A DNA stretch of 32,489 nucleotides from Candidatus Eiseniibacteriota bacterium (GTDB taxonomy: Bacteria > Eisenbacteria > RBG-16-71-46 > DASYSL01), in assembly GCA_046598045.1 (NCBI GenBank), contig JBKJJJ010000013.1, positions 1-32,489 of the forward strand. Direction: 5' to 3'. A program made the position numbers and the translations under genes. The notes under the pieces were generated by a model. The model did not search any database and was not told where the DNA came from. It saw only the letters and a list, made by a program, of their open reading frames with translations. Shown here in pieces: positions 17,947 through 27,351 of this stretch. Within the stretch, counting starts at the first letter, position 1, and every line of letters starts with the position of its first letter.

Positions 17947-18024
17947 TCTCCTGTGACCGCCTTCCGGTCCTCACGCTGGGGATCGGAAAAATGAGCGGCC
18001 CCGAACGGTTTCGCAGGAGGACAT

Positions 18025-21000
18025 GTGCGCACTCGTATCTCATTGTCGAACCGTAGCTTCCGCGGGCGCCAGGTCGCATTCATCGCCCGGCTCGCGGCCC
18101 TCGCAATCCTCGTCACCACGGCGGTTCCTGCGCTCGGGCAGAGCGTCCGCCCCGATCTCCAAATCACGAACGGCAGAGTGTTTGTCACGGCGCGCTCGGG
18201 GAACACCCTCTACCTGGGCGGCAGCTTCTCTCAAGTGTGCAAAGCCTCCGGGGGCGCGCTGCCGCTCGACCCTGCGACGGGCGCCCCAATCGCCCTGCCA
18301 AAGGTCAATGGCACCGTCTACGCCCTCGTCCCGGACGGCGCGGGCGGCTGGTATGTAGGCGGCGACTTCGAATGGGTCGGCAGCGCACCCCGGCTCAACC
18401 TCGCCCACATCGGCCCGGACCACCAAGTCACGGCGTGGAATCCGGGCACCAATGGATGGGTGGAGGACATCGTGGTTAGCGGCGGCATCGTTTACGTCGC
18501 CGGTCGGTTCACCTCGGCCGGCGGGCAGACGCGGAACTATATCGCCGCCATTGACCCCGTCACCGGCGCGGCGACGCCATGGAACCCGGACGCCACCGGG
18601 GAGGTCATCGCTCTGGCCGTGAACGGAAGCACCGTTTACGCCGGCGGCACCTTCAGCACAATCGGAGGACAGCTCCGCCCCAGGATTGCCGCGCTGGATG
18701 CCGGTACTGGCCTCGCGACCTCCTGGAATCCGCAGGCGAACATTGGGGTGGCGACAATCGAGATAGACGGCGGCACGGTCTGGGTCGGCGGAGGCTTCAC
18801 GTCGATCGGCGGCCAACTCCGCAATCGCGTCGCGGCTCTCGACCCCGCCACGGGCCTCGCCCAAGCGTGGAATACCGACGTCAACGGAACCGTGCGCACA
18901 TTGCGCGTGGGCGGCGGCGTGGTCTACCTCGGGGGCGACTTCACGACCATCGCGGGGCTGCCGCGCAATCGCATCGCTGCCTTGGATCGGACGAGCGCTG
19001 CACTCCTCCCGTGGAATCCCAACGCGGACGGCCCGGTATATGCCCTGGCGATCGATGGGGCCACGATCTACGGCGCCGGCCAATTCACCACCATCGGCGG
19101 ACTCAGCCGCAATGGCGTCGCTGCCCTCTCCACCGCGACAGGATTCGCGACCTCCTGGAACCCCGGGCTGAGCGGCGAGGGCTTTGAGGTCGCCGCCTCG
19201 GGCGGAGTCGTCTACGTCGGTGGCGCGCTGAAGGGCTACGATTCGACGGCCCGCAAAAACCTCGCGGCGCTCGACCTCGGCACGGGCAGTCCGACATCGT
19301 GGAATCCCGGCCCCAACGGCCTCGTGCGAGCCCTATTGATCCGGAACGGGCTCGTCTACGCGGGGGGCGACTTCACGTCGATCGGCGGCCAGGCACACGA
19401 CGTTATCGCGGCCGTCGACTCGGCGAGCGGACTCGCCACCGGCTGGGACGCGGGAGCGGTGACCTCGCCGTTCAACAGAAGTGTTTACTCCCTCGCGGCC
19501 AGCGGCAACACCCTGTACGTCGGCGGCACCTTCAATTATCTCGGCGGCCAAGCTAGGGTCGGGCTCGGCGCCGTGGATCTGACGTCCGGCCTTGCCACCG
19601 GGTTCGTAGCTAATACGGACTTTTCCCACATTGGCGCCGGAGCGCTCGCCGTCGATGGCGGCATCGTCTACGCTGGCGGCAGCTTCCTCTCCATCAACGG
19701 GACGACGCGGAACATGGTGGCGGGGCTTGACGCCGCCACCGGCGCGGTCAACGGCTTCGACCCCAACGGCACCGGCAGTACCGGCAATGGCTTTACTGGA
19801 GTGCAAACGATTGTAGTCGATGCCGGCACTGTGTACGTGGGCGGCGGCTTCACGAGTATGGGCGGCGCGACGCGCAACCACATCGCGGCGCTGAGCCCGG
19901 CGACGGGAGCGGCCACTTCATGGAATCCGGCTGCCGATGCCGCCGTCACGTCGATCGCGATCGCCAACGGGCGGCTGTTCGCCGGCGGCCAGTTCACCAA
20001 CATCGGCGGTTCCGCCCGCACCGGACTCGCGGAGCTGAGCCTCACCACCGGCCTCGCGGCAAGCTGGTTCCCCTATGGCGCCACCGCGCCCTTCGCGGTG
20101 TACCACCTGACTGCCGGGCAGGGACGCGTGTTCGCCGGCGGCGCCTTCAACGCCTACTCCGGCGAGCCGCATCAGAGCCTTGTCGAGATCGCGGCGGTCG
20201 ATGCATCGATCGCGAACGCGTCCATCGCGGAGGGCGCCTCGGGCGTCCAGAACGTCGCAGTTTCGGCGACCCTATCTGCACCCGTGCCGTGGAAGAGCAT
20301 CCAGATCGGATACGCCACCGCGGACGGCACGGCGAGTGCGGTACAAGGCGACTACCAGGCCACATCCGGCCTCGTCACCTTCGCCCCCGGCCAGACCGCC
20401 GGTCAGGCGCTGATCCCGGTCAATGGCGACGGCGACGTCGAGTCCGACGAGACCTTCACCGTGACGCCCGCGAACAATCTCGAGGCCAGGGTGTCCACCA
20501 CCCCGGCCACGGTCACCATCCGCAACGACGACTCGCCCGCCCAGTATGCCTGCGCGGCCGGCTACGGGGTCGACGGCCAGGTCAACGTGACCGCCGTCTC
20601 CGGCAACACGCTCTACCTCGGCGGCCAGTTCACGCAGGTCGGGCGGCCGATCGGCGGCGCGGTCCAGGTCGATAGCGCAAGCGCGGCCATCACCGGATTC
20701 CCCGAGGTCGTCGGGGCTGTCTTCGTGATCGTTCCCGATGGTTCGGGAGGATGGTTCCTCGGCGGCAGATTCACCCACGTGGGGGGCTTCGAGCGCAAGA
20801 ACCTCGCCCACATCGGCGCCGACCACAAGGTGACGGACTGGAGCCCTGCAGTCGACGCGTTCACCAATCCGAGCGTGTCCGCGCTGGCCCTGGACAACGG
20901 CGTCCTCTACGTGGGCGGCGACTTCACCAGCGTCGGCGGCCAGACGCGCAACCGCATCGCCGCCGTGAACGCGGTCACCGGAGAGGTGACAAGCTGGAAC

Positions 21001-22884
21001 CCGAACGCCGGCTCCACCGTCTTTGCGCTCGCCGTGAATGGCGGCGTGGTGTACGCCGGCGGTTACTTCCTCACGATCGGCGGCGCCGCTCGACAGCGGC
21101 TCGCGGCGATCGACGCCACCACCGGGCTTGCCACCGCCTGGACGGCGAACGCCGCCCAGGACGTCCAACAGCTGGCGGTCAGCGGCAACACGCTCTACGC
21201 CGTCGGCAACTTCACCACGATCGCCGGGCAGTTACGCAGCCACCTGGCCGCCTTCAACCTGACGACGGGCGCTCTGACCGCATGGAACCCCGGTGCCAAC
21301 TCTGCGGTCACCGCACTGGCCGTCCGCAGCGGCGTCGTCTACGTGGGCGGATTCTTCACGACCATCGGCGGTCAGCCTCGCAACCGCGTGGCTGCGCTGG
21401 ACGCCAACACCAACATTGCGCTGCCATGGAATCCCAACGTCAATGCGGGCGTGTATTCGATCTCACTGTCCGGAAACACCGCCTACATCGCGGGCTCCTT
21501 CACGAGCGTCGGAGCCGCGGCTCGGCGCTGGGTTGCGGCGATCGACCTGGGCTCGGGCCTCGCCTCGGCGTGGAATCCGTCGCTTGGTGGAAAGCTGCCT
21601 TCCCAGTCGGGGTCCGCCAACACGGTCGTGCCATCCTCGGGACGTGTCTACGTCGGTGGCGGCTTCACGCTGGCCGATCCCGTGACGCGCAATGGCCTGG
21701 CGGCGATCGATCTCGCCACAGGGACCCCGACGCCCTGGAACCCCGGTTCCGACGGCACCGTCTCTTCCATGGTGGCGACCGCAACCCGCATTTACGTCGG
21801 AGGCACGTTTGCCAACGTCGGGGGTGCGGTTCGCGCGAACCTGGCCGCGCTCGATCCGGCGACCGGGACCGCGGTGGCGTGGAATCCCGGCGCCGACGGC
21901 TGGGTCGGCGCGCTGACGCTCGACGGCAACACCCTTTACGCCGGCGGCGAATTCATCACGCTCGGCGGCCAGCCGCGCGCGCGGATTGGCGCAGTCGACG
22001 CCACCACCGGCGCCGTGACCGGCTGGAACCCGGGCGCCAACAACACCGTGGTGTCGATCGCCACGAGCGCTGGCGTCGTCTATGTGGGCGGCTACTTCAC
22101 TACCTTTGCCGGCCAACCGCGCGGCTACGCCGGCGCGGCCAGCGCCGCGACCGGCGCCGCGACGGCGTGGAACCCCAATCCGCCGGGGCCACTGAGTTCG
22201 ATCATCCCGAGCGGAGGCAGCATCCTCGTCGGCGGCCTCTTCGCCACCATCGGCGGTCAGAATCGCGCCAATCTCGCGGCGCTGGACCCCGCGACCGGCG
22301 CTGCACAGGCATGGAACCCGGGGGCGAACTACTGGGTCCACGCGATGACGCTCGACGGCAACACGCTCTACGTGACCGGCGATTTCACGCTCCTGGCCGG
22401 CCAGCCACGCAATTACGTCGGTGCGATCGACGTGCCCACCCAACAGGCGACCAACTGGAAGCCGTTCGGAGATTACCCGACCTCGATCGCGGTCAGCGCA
22501 GACAAGGTCTACATCGGCGGCTCGTTCACGAGCGCAAACTGGCTGCCGCGCAATGGCCTCGCATGCCTGCTGAAGTCCTCGCCGACGGTCGACGTCGAGC
22601 CGGGTCCCCTTGCGGTCGAAGCGTCGTTCACGAATCCCTACCCCAATCCGACGCGCGGCGTCGTGGGGCTGGACTTCACGCTGCCGCGGGCGGGGCATGT
22701 GCGGATGGGCATCTACGATGTGCGCGGCCGCCAGGTTGCCGTGCCGATCGACGAGGATCGCCTCGCCGGAAGACATGTGGTGGCCTGGAGCGCGCGCGAA
22801 GCACGGCTCGCGTCCGGGCAGTACTTCGTGCTCTTCGAAGGGCTGGGGCGGCGCATCGCGCGGAAGTTCATGGTGCTGAGATAG
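18025..22884 (+). CDS. Large secreted WNP-repeat beta-propeller protein with central Calx-beta and FlgD-Ig/T9SS-like tail
   Basis: AGGAGG RBS; signal peptide; many ~47-aa repeats VY.GG.FT.IGG..RN.IAAlD..TG.at.WNP; Calx-beta (YATADGTA...DY....G.VTFAPGQT...ESDETF...TIRNDD, ~20206-20532); YPNP...GQYF...RKFMVLR tail. Confidence 0.9.
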   Translation: MRTRISLSNRSFRGRQVAFIARLAALAILVTTAVPALGQSVRPDLQITNGRVFVTARSGNTLYLGGSFSQVCKASGGALPLDPATGAPIALPKVNGTVYALVPDGAGGWYVGGDFEWVGSAPRLNLAHIGPDHQVTAWNPGTNGWVEDIVVSGGIVYVAGRFTSAGGQTRNYIAAIDPVTGAATPWNPDATGEVIALAVNGSTVYAGGTFSTIGGQLRPRIAALDAGTGLATSWNPQANIGVATIEIDGGTVWVGGGFTSIGGQLRNRVAALDPATGLAQAWNTDVNGTVRTLRVGGGVVYLGGDFTTIAGLPRNRIAALDRTSAALLPWNPNADGPVYALAIDGATIYGAGQFTTIGGLSRNGVAALSTATGFATSWNPGLSGEGFEVAASGGVVYVGGALKGYDSTARKNLAALDLGTGSPTSWNPGPNGLVRALLIRNGLVYAGGDFTSIGGQAHDVIAAVDSASGLATGWDAGAVTSPFNRSVYSLAASGNTLYVGGTFNYLGGQARVGLGAVDLTSGLATGFVANTDFSHIGAGALAVDGGIVYAGGSFLSINGTTRNMVAGLDAATGAVNGFDPNGTGSTGNGFTGVQTIVVDAGTVYVGGGFTSMGGATRNHIAALSPATGAATSWNPAADAAVTSIAIANGRLFAGGQFTNIGGSARTGLAELSLTTGLAASWFPYGATAPFAVYHLTAGQGRVFAGGAFNAYSGEPHQSLVEIAAVDASIANASIAEGASGVQNVAVSATLSAPVPWKSIQIGYATADGTASAVQGDYQATSGLVTFAPGQTAGQALIPVNGDGDVESDETFTVTPANNLEARVSTTPATVTIRNDDSPAQYACAAGYGVDGQVNVTAVSGNTLYLGGQFTQVGRPIGGAVQVDSASAAITGFPEVVGAVFVIVPDGSGGWFLGGRFTHVGGFERKNLAHIGADHKVTDWSPAVDAFTNPSVSALALDNGVLYVGGDFTSVGGQTRNRIAAVNAVTGEVTSWNPNAGSTVFALAVNGGVVYAGGYFLTIGGAARQRLAAIDATTGLATAWTANAAQDVQQLAVSGNTLYAVGNFTTIAGQLRSHLAAFNLTTGALTAWNPGANSAVTALAVRSGVVYVGGFFTTIGGQPRNRVAALDANTNIALPWNPNVNAGVYSISLSGNTAYIAGSFTSVGAAARRWVAAIDLGSGLASAWNPSLGGKLPSQSGSANTVVPSSGRVYVGGGFTLADPVTRNGLAAIDLATGTPTPWNPGSDGTVSSMVATATRIYVGGTFANVGGAVRANLAALDPATGTAVAWNPGADGWVGALTLDGNTLYAGGEFITLGGQPRARIGAVDATTGAVTGWNPGANNTVVSIATSAGVVYVGGYFTTFAGQPRGYAGAASAATGAATAWNPNPPGPLSSIIPSGGSILVGGLFATIGGQNRANLAALDPATGAAQAWNPGANYWVHAMTLDGNTLYVTGDFTLLAGQPRNYVGAIDVPTQQATNWKPFGDYPTSIAVSADKVYIGGSFTSANWLPRNGLACLLKSSPTVDVEPGPLAVEASFTNPYPNPTRGVVGLDFTLPRAGHVRMGIYDVRGRQVAVPIDEDRLAGRHVVAWSAREARLASGQYFVLFEGLGRRIARKFMVLR

Positions 22885-22902
22885 GCGCATCGTTCTGCTG
22901 CG

Positions 22903-25900
22903 CTAACGGCCGGCGTTTCGCGCGGAGGGGATGTTCGCACCATCGAGTACCCCTCGCGCGCGCGCGAGGGCCCGGCCGAGCTCCGTATCGGGCTTTGCCG
23001 CGAGCTCGGCTGCCAGCGCTGCGGCTTCCTTGAAGGTGGTGTGTGCAGCGTCCGCATTTCCCTGGGCATGCTCGAGCTCTGCGCGCATGCAAAGCATCCG
23101 TCCGAGTTCATTGCGGGCCCCGATCCCGCGGAGGATCGGCTCGGCGGCGGCGAGAGCGTCCCGGGCCTCCGGGTACGAACCGCGAGCGAGCAAGAGCCTG
23201 GCCAGGCTGGTCAAGGCGGCCCCCTCGTAGTGCCGGTCGCCGGCCTCCCGGTGGATGGCGAGCGCGCTCTCGTAGTGGGCGCGCGCCTCCTCGGGCTCGC
23301 CGCTCAGCTCGTGCAGGCGCGCGAGATTGCCGACGATGATGCCCTCGACGCGACGATCGCCGAGCTCGCGCTGGATGGCGAGCGCGGGTTCGAAGCGAGT
23401 GCGCGCGTCCTCCGTGGCTCCCAGCTCGGCGCTCAACTCGCCGAGCGCCGTCAGCGCAAACCCTTCACTCGCCCGAGAACCGATCGCCCGCGCGACCGCG
23501 AGCGCCGCCTCGAGGTGTTCACGCGCCTCCGTCATCCGCCGCTGGTCGGTCGTGAGGCTCCCCAGGTTGAGGTGGGCGATGCCCTCCGAGCGCCGGTTTC
23601 CCGTCTCCCGGTAGATGGCGAGAGCGGCCTCGAAGAGGGCGCCAGCCTCGTCGAGTCGGCCGCTCTTGTGGTGGAGAATGCCGAGGCCCAGCAGGGTCAT
23701 CGCCTCGAGCCCGCGATCGCCGATCTCACGCGCGATCGCCACCGCCTCCCCGTAGACGACCTCTGCTTCCTTGGTGCGCCCGAGTTCGTGATGGACCATG
23801 CCCAGGCCGTTGAGCGCGGCACACAGCGTCTGTGCGTCCCCCACCGAACGGGCCGCCGCCACTCCGGCCTGCAGGGAGGCGAGCGCTTCGTCGACCCTTC
23901 CGAGGACGAACCAAGCCCTTCCAAGGGGGACGGCGACCCGGCCTTCGAGGCGGGGATCCGCAATCTCGTGCGCGATCTCCAGCGCCGTCTCGCAGTGAAG
24001 GCGGGCCTCTTCGAAACGCCCGGCGTGCCATTCCGCTTCTCCGAGATACCCGGCGATGCTCGCCCGCACCTCGCTTCGCAAGCGCGTGTTCTCGAGAGCC
24101 TCGCGCCCCAGCACGAGCGCCGTGCCCAGCGGGCCCCGCGCCTTGAGCACCCGCCAAGCGGCGCGGTACGTCGACGCCACGGTCTCCCCGTCACCGCGCG
24201 CGATGGCCCGCCGGCACGCGCCGACCAGGTTGTCGAGCTCACGCTCGAGTCGGCGTCGCAGCAGAGTTCCCCCGCGGCGATCGACCGCCTCGATCGCCTC
24301 GTCACTTCCGTAGCCCGCGTAGAATGAACCGTGTCGTTCCTCGGCTTCGCGCTCGGCGCCGCCCGAGGAGCGCAGTCTCGCCCGCGCGTATTCCTGCAGC
24401 GACACGTACATGCCGAAGCGAACGTCGGGCACGGGCTCCCCCGGGTCCGTCGGCGGCACCCACGACCGCAGCAGGCTCTTGTCGACCAGGGAACGGACGA
24501 CATCCACGACCTCAGGCGCCTGCGGCCATGCACTCAATTCCAGCACGCCGAGCGCGGCGTCGAGCGTGCATCCCCCTTCGAAGACCGCACACTGAGCCCA
24601 CGCCGCGCGTTCCCACGGGGCCAGCAGTTCCCAGGATCCGTCGATCGTGCCTTCGAGCGTCTCGTGATGTGCGCCGCTCCCGCCGGCGAGCAGCCGGAAT
24701 CGCTTGCGCATGCCTTCGAGAATCTGCGCAATGCTCATCACGCGAATTCGTGCTGCCGCCAGCTCGATCGCGAGCGGGATGCCGTCGAGCAGCCGTACGA
24801 TCTCGCGCGCGAGCACGGCGCCTTCGCCCGCGAGCTCGAGCCCGGGGCGCAACCCGCGGGCGCGCAGCGTGAACAGTTCGAGGGCTTCCCCGGCCGAGAG
24901 CGACTCGATGGCGAGGGTACGCTCACCCTCGATGCCCAGGCGCTCGCGGCTGGTGACGAGGAACATTGCCTCGGTCGCGAGCGACCGCCAGCGGTCGATC
25001 GTCTCGGAAACCTGCGCGACGACCTGTTCGCAATTGTCGAGCAGGATCAGGCACGACCCGCGGCCAGCGATCGCGTGCCCAAGTTGCAGAATTGGATCGG
25101 CGCGACCGAGTTGGACCCCTAGTGCGACGCCGACCGCAGAGGCGATGCCGTCCGTGCCCATGGCCTCGGTCAGATCGCAGAACCAGGTCCCGCCCGGCCA
25201 GGCGTCGGCCGTGCGCCCGCCGAAGCGGATCGCCAGGCGCGTCTTCCCCATTCCCCCGGGACCGACGAGCGTCACGAGGCGCGCCCCGTCCTTCCGCGCG
25301 CGCTCCAGGTTCTCGAGGTCGGCTTCCCGGCCCACGAAGGCGTCGATCTCCGAAGGCAACGAGGACCGCGGCCTGGTGACCCGCTCGACGTCGCTCCCGG
25401 TTACGTGGGTTCGGCCCGCGAGCGCGGAGGCGACGTCCTCGGCGCGCACGAACCGCCACCGCGGCTCGCGCTCGAGACAACGTCGGATCACGGCGTCCCA
25501 GCGCGCGTCGAGGTCGGGCAATCCCAGGCGCGGCGACGGGGGATCCTCATCAAGCTTTCGCCGGATCAGTTCATCGTTCGTGAGACCGGCGTACGGCGAC
25601 TTTCCCGTCACCATCTCGAAGAGCACGAGTCCGAGCGCGTAGATGTCGGCAGCGGGACCGACCTCCTCACCGCGCAACTGCTCGGGAGCCATGTACGCAG
25701 GAGTGCCGAGGACCGTGCCGGGAGGCGCCGAGCGATCGGAACGAGCGAGCGCCTGCCCGATGCCGAAGTCGGTGATGACCGCCTGCTCGGCGCCATCGCG
25801 GAAGACCAGCATGACGTTGCCGGGCTTGAGGTCTCGGTGCACGACTCCGGCCCGATGCGCGGCGCCAAGGCCCCCACCCATCTCCTCGGCGAGGCGCAAG

Positions 25901-26448
25901 GCGACGTCGAGCGGGAGGCGCCCCTGCTCGCGCAATCGCTCTTCGAGCGTGGGACCCCGCAGCTGCTCCATCGCGAGGAACCAGAGCGCGGACTCCTCGT
26001 CGCCGTGGCGGCCCAGCTCGTAAACGCGACAGACGTTGGGATGCCAGACCGCACGCGCCAGCATGCCCTCGAGCTTGAGTTGATCCGGGGAAGCGTCGCG
26101 CCCGCCGATCGCCCGCAGTGTCTTGAGCGCGACCGTGATCCCCAGCTCTTCATCGTCGGCCTCGTAGATTTCGCCCATGCCGCCGCGGCCGATCAGCTGG
26201 CGGATGAGGTAGCGGCCGGCCAGGCGATCGCCGGGCGCGAAGCGGTCAGCATCGGGAGTGGCCAGCGCGCCGAGCCAGAGCGTCGGCAACTCGTCCACGA
26301 CCTCCGCCCCGAGCAACGACAGGACCTCGCGGCGCAGTTCGGTGTCTCCCGCGCTGCCGGACTCGACGAACGCGCCGCGCGCGTGCGGTTCGCATTCGAG
26401 CGCGCCTTCGACCAGCTGCTGGACGCGGTCCCAGCGTTCCTCATTCAC
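22903..26448 (-). CDS. Ser/Thr protein kinase - STAND (NB-ARC-like) ATPase - TPR protein
   Basis: GTG start overlaps the ECF stop (GTGA); N-terminus (M)NEERWDRVQQL; GRGGMG, VALK, HRDLKPGN, DFG, APE kinase motifs; FVGRE, Walker A GPGGMGKT, Walker B LILLDNCE, LDGIPLAIELAA; about 40-aa TPR repeats. Confidence 0.93.
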   Translation of the reverse strand: MNEERWDRVQQLVEGALECEPHARGAFVESGSAGDTELRREVLSLLGAEVVDELPTLWLGALATPDADRFAPGDRLAGRYLIRQLIGRGGMGEIYEADDEELGITVALKTLRAIGGRDASPDQLKLEGMLARAVWHPNVCRVYELGRHGDEESALWFLAMEQLRGPTLEERLREQGRLPLDVALRLAEEMGGGLGAAHRAGVVHRDLKPGNVMLVFRDGAEQAVITDFGIGQALARSDRSAPPGTVLGTPAYMAPEQLRGEEVGPAADIYALGLVLFEMVTGKSPYAGLTNDELIRRKLDEDPPSPRLGLPDLDARWDAVIRRCLEREPRWRFVRAEDVASALAGRTHVTGSDVERVTRPRSSLPSEIDAFVGREADLENLERARKDGARLVTLVGPGGMGKTRLAIRFGGRTADAWPGGTWFCDLTEAMGTDGIASAVGVALGVQLGRADPILQLGHAIAGRGSCLILLDNCEQVVAQVSETIDRWRSLATEAMFLVTSRERLGIEGERTLAIESLSAGEALELFTLRARGLRPGLELAGEGAVLAREIVRLLDGIPLAIELAAARIRVMSIAQILEGMRKRFRLLAGGSGAHHETLEGTIDGSWELLAPWERAAWAQCAVFEGGCTLDAALGVLELSAWPQAPEVVDVVRSLVDKSLLRSWVPPTDPGEPVPDVRFGMYVSLQEYARARLRSSGGAEREAEERHGSFYAGYGSDEAIEAVDRRGGTLLRRRLERELDNLVGACRRAIARGDGETVASTYRAAWRVLKARGPLGTALVLGREALENTRLRSEVRASIAGYLGEAEWHAGRFEEARLHCETALEIAHEIADPRLEGRVAVPLGRAWFVLGRVDEALASLQAGVAAARSVGDAQTLCAALNGLGMVHHELGRTKEAEVVYGEAVAIAREIGDRGLEAMTLLGLGILHHKSGRLDEAGALFEAALAIYRETGNRRSEGIAHLNLGSLTTDQRRMTEAREHLEAALAVARAIGSRASEGFALTALGELSAELGATEDARTRFEPALAIQRELGDRRVEGIIVGNLARLHELSGEPEEARAHYESALAIHREAGDRHYEGAALTSLARLLLARGSYPEARDALAAAEPILRGIGARNELGRMLCMRAELEHAQGNADAAHTTFKEAAALAAELAAKPDTELGRALARARGVLDGANIPSARNAGR

Positions 26449-27011
26449 GCGCCCTCCCCGAGCTCGCGGCCGAGCCACAGGCGCAGCAGGCTCCAGTCGC
26501 GCTTGATCGTCGCGGGCGAGGCGTCGAGTGCCGTCGCGGTCTCCTCGATCGTCATGCCGCCGAAGAAGCGACACTCGACGACGCGCGCGTGCCGCGGGTT
26601 GAGCGCGGCGAGCCGCTCCAGCGCTTCATGGAGTGCGAGGATGCGGTCGGCATCCGCGGTCGGCAGGCCGGCGGCCTCCTCGAGTTGCACGTGCGGCGCG
26701 CCGCCGCCGCGCTTGAGGCGGTTTCGCTTGAGGGCGTGGTTCACCAGGATGTTTCGCATCGCCTGCGCCGCGATCGCCAGGAAATGGGCGCGCGAGTTCC
26801 ATTGAATGCGGTCGAGTTGGATCAGCTTGAGATAGGCCTCGTTCACCAGCCCCACCGTGTCGAGGGTGTGGCCCGGTCGCTCGTGGCGCAGCCGGCGGCG
26901 GGCGATCCCCCGCAACTCGTCGTAGACGAGCGGCAGGAGCTTGTTCAGTGCTTCGCGGTTGCCGCTGCTGAGCGACAACAACAGCTCCGTCGCCTGTGCC
27001 TGCGTCGCCAT
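26445..27011 (-). CDS. ECF RNA polymerase sigma factor, TIGR02999/ECF43-like (kinase-associated)
   Basis: LLPLVYDELRGIA, HTLDTVGLVNEAYLKL, W.SRAHF.AIAAQAMRNILV, KRGGG, VECRFFGG, TIKRDW motifs. Confidence 0.95.
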   Translation of the reverse strand: MATQAQATELLLSLSSGNREALNKLLPLVYDELRGIARRRLRHERPGHTLDTVGLVNEAYLKLIQLDRIQWNSRAHFLAIAAQAMRNILVNHALKRNRLKRGGGAPHVQLEEAAGLPTADADRILALHEALERLAALNPRHARVVECRFFGGMTIEETATALDASPATIKRDWSLLRLWLGRELGEGA

Positions 27012-27089
27012 GATGAGAAACCCCGGCCAACTTCGACGTGAACGAGCACGCGAGAGTGAGCGAGGAACACTATCACGACCGCCCCGGCT

Positions 27090-27290
27090 GCGGGAGTGGA
27101 TGATCTGCCCGGGTGTTCACGCGATCTTGTTCCGCGTGGGGATTCAGGGGAGTTCGATCGGCGTTCCCCACTCCGGATTCTCCAGGCGCCCTCCGGCATC
27201 CGCCCGGCGCCCCGCTCGGTGACGCCGACCCGCGCGGCGACGTCGCGCATGCGCATCCCGGGGTCGCGGGGAGACAGAACAGCACGACCG
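27090..27290 (-). pseudogene. Decayed winged-helix (MarR/AsnC-like) regulator
   Basis: Fragments in different frames: VLFCL / RDPGMRMRDVAARVGVTER / RNK-RVNTRADHPL, resembling the family pattern VL.C.ARDP..RMRDvA..VG.TER...RN.Y.V....HPL. Confidence 0.6.
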
Positions 27291-27351
27291 CAGGGGCTTC
27301 AGGATCGGATCGTGCACGAGGTCGATGCCGAAATCGTCCCCACAGGCGCTC

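Noticed and set aside
8474..22884. CRISPR array or DGR template/variable repeats
   Set aside because: Repeats are degenerate in-frame protein repeats; no identical spaced repeats, adenine-specific mismatch pairs, cas or reverse transcriptase genes.
20751..23033. 760-aa alternative-frame ORF
   Set aside because: Arg/Gly-rich shadow of the repeat gene caused by high GC3; no domain motifs.
26449..26574. N-terminal extension of the 1223-aa kinase ORF
   Set aside because: Overlaps the ECF gene; GTG 26448 gives a typical GTGA coupling and family-like N-terminus.
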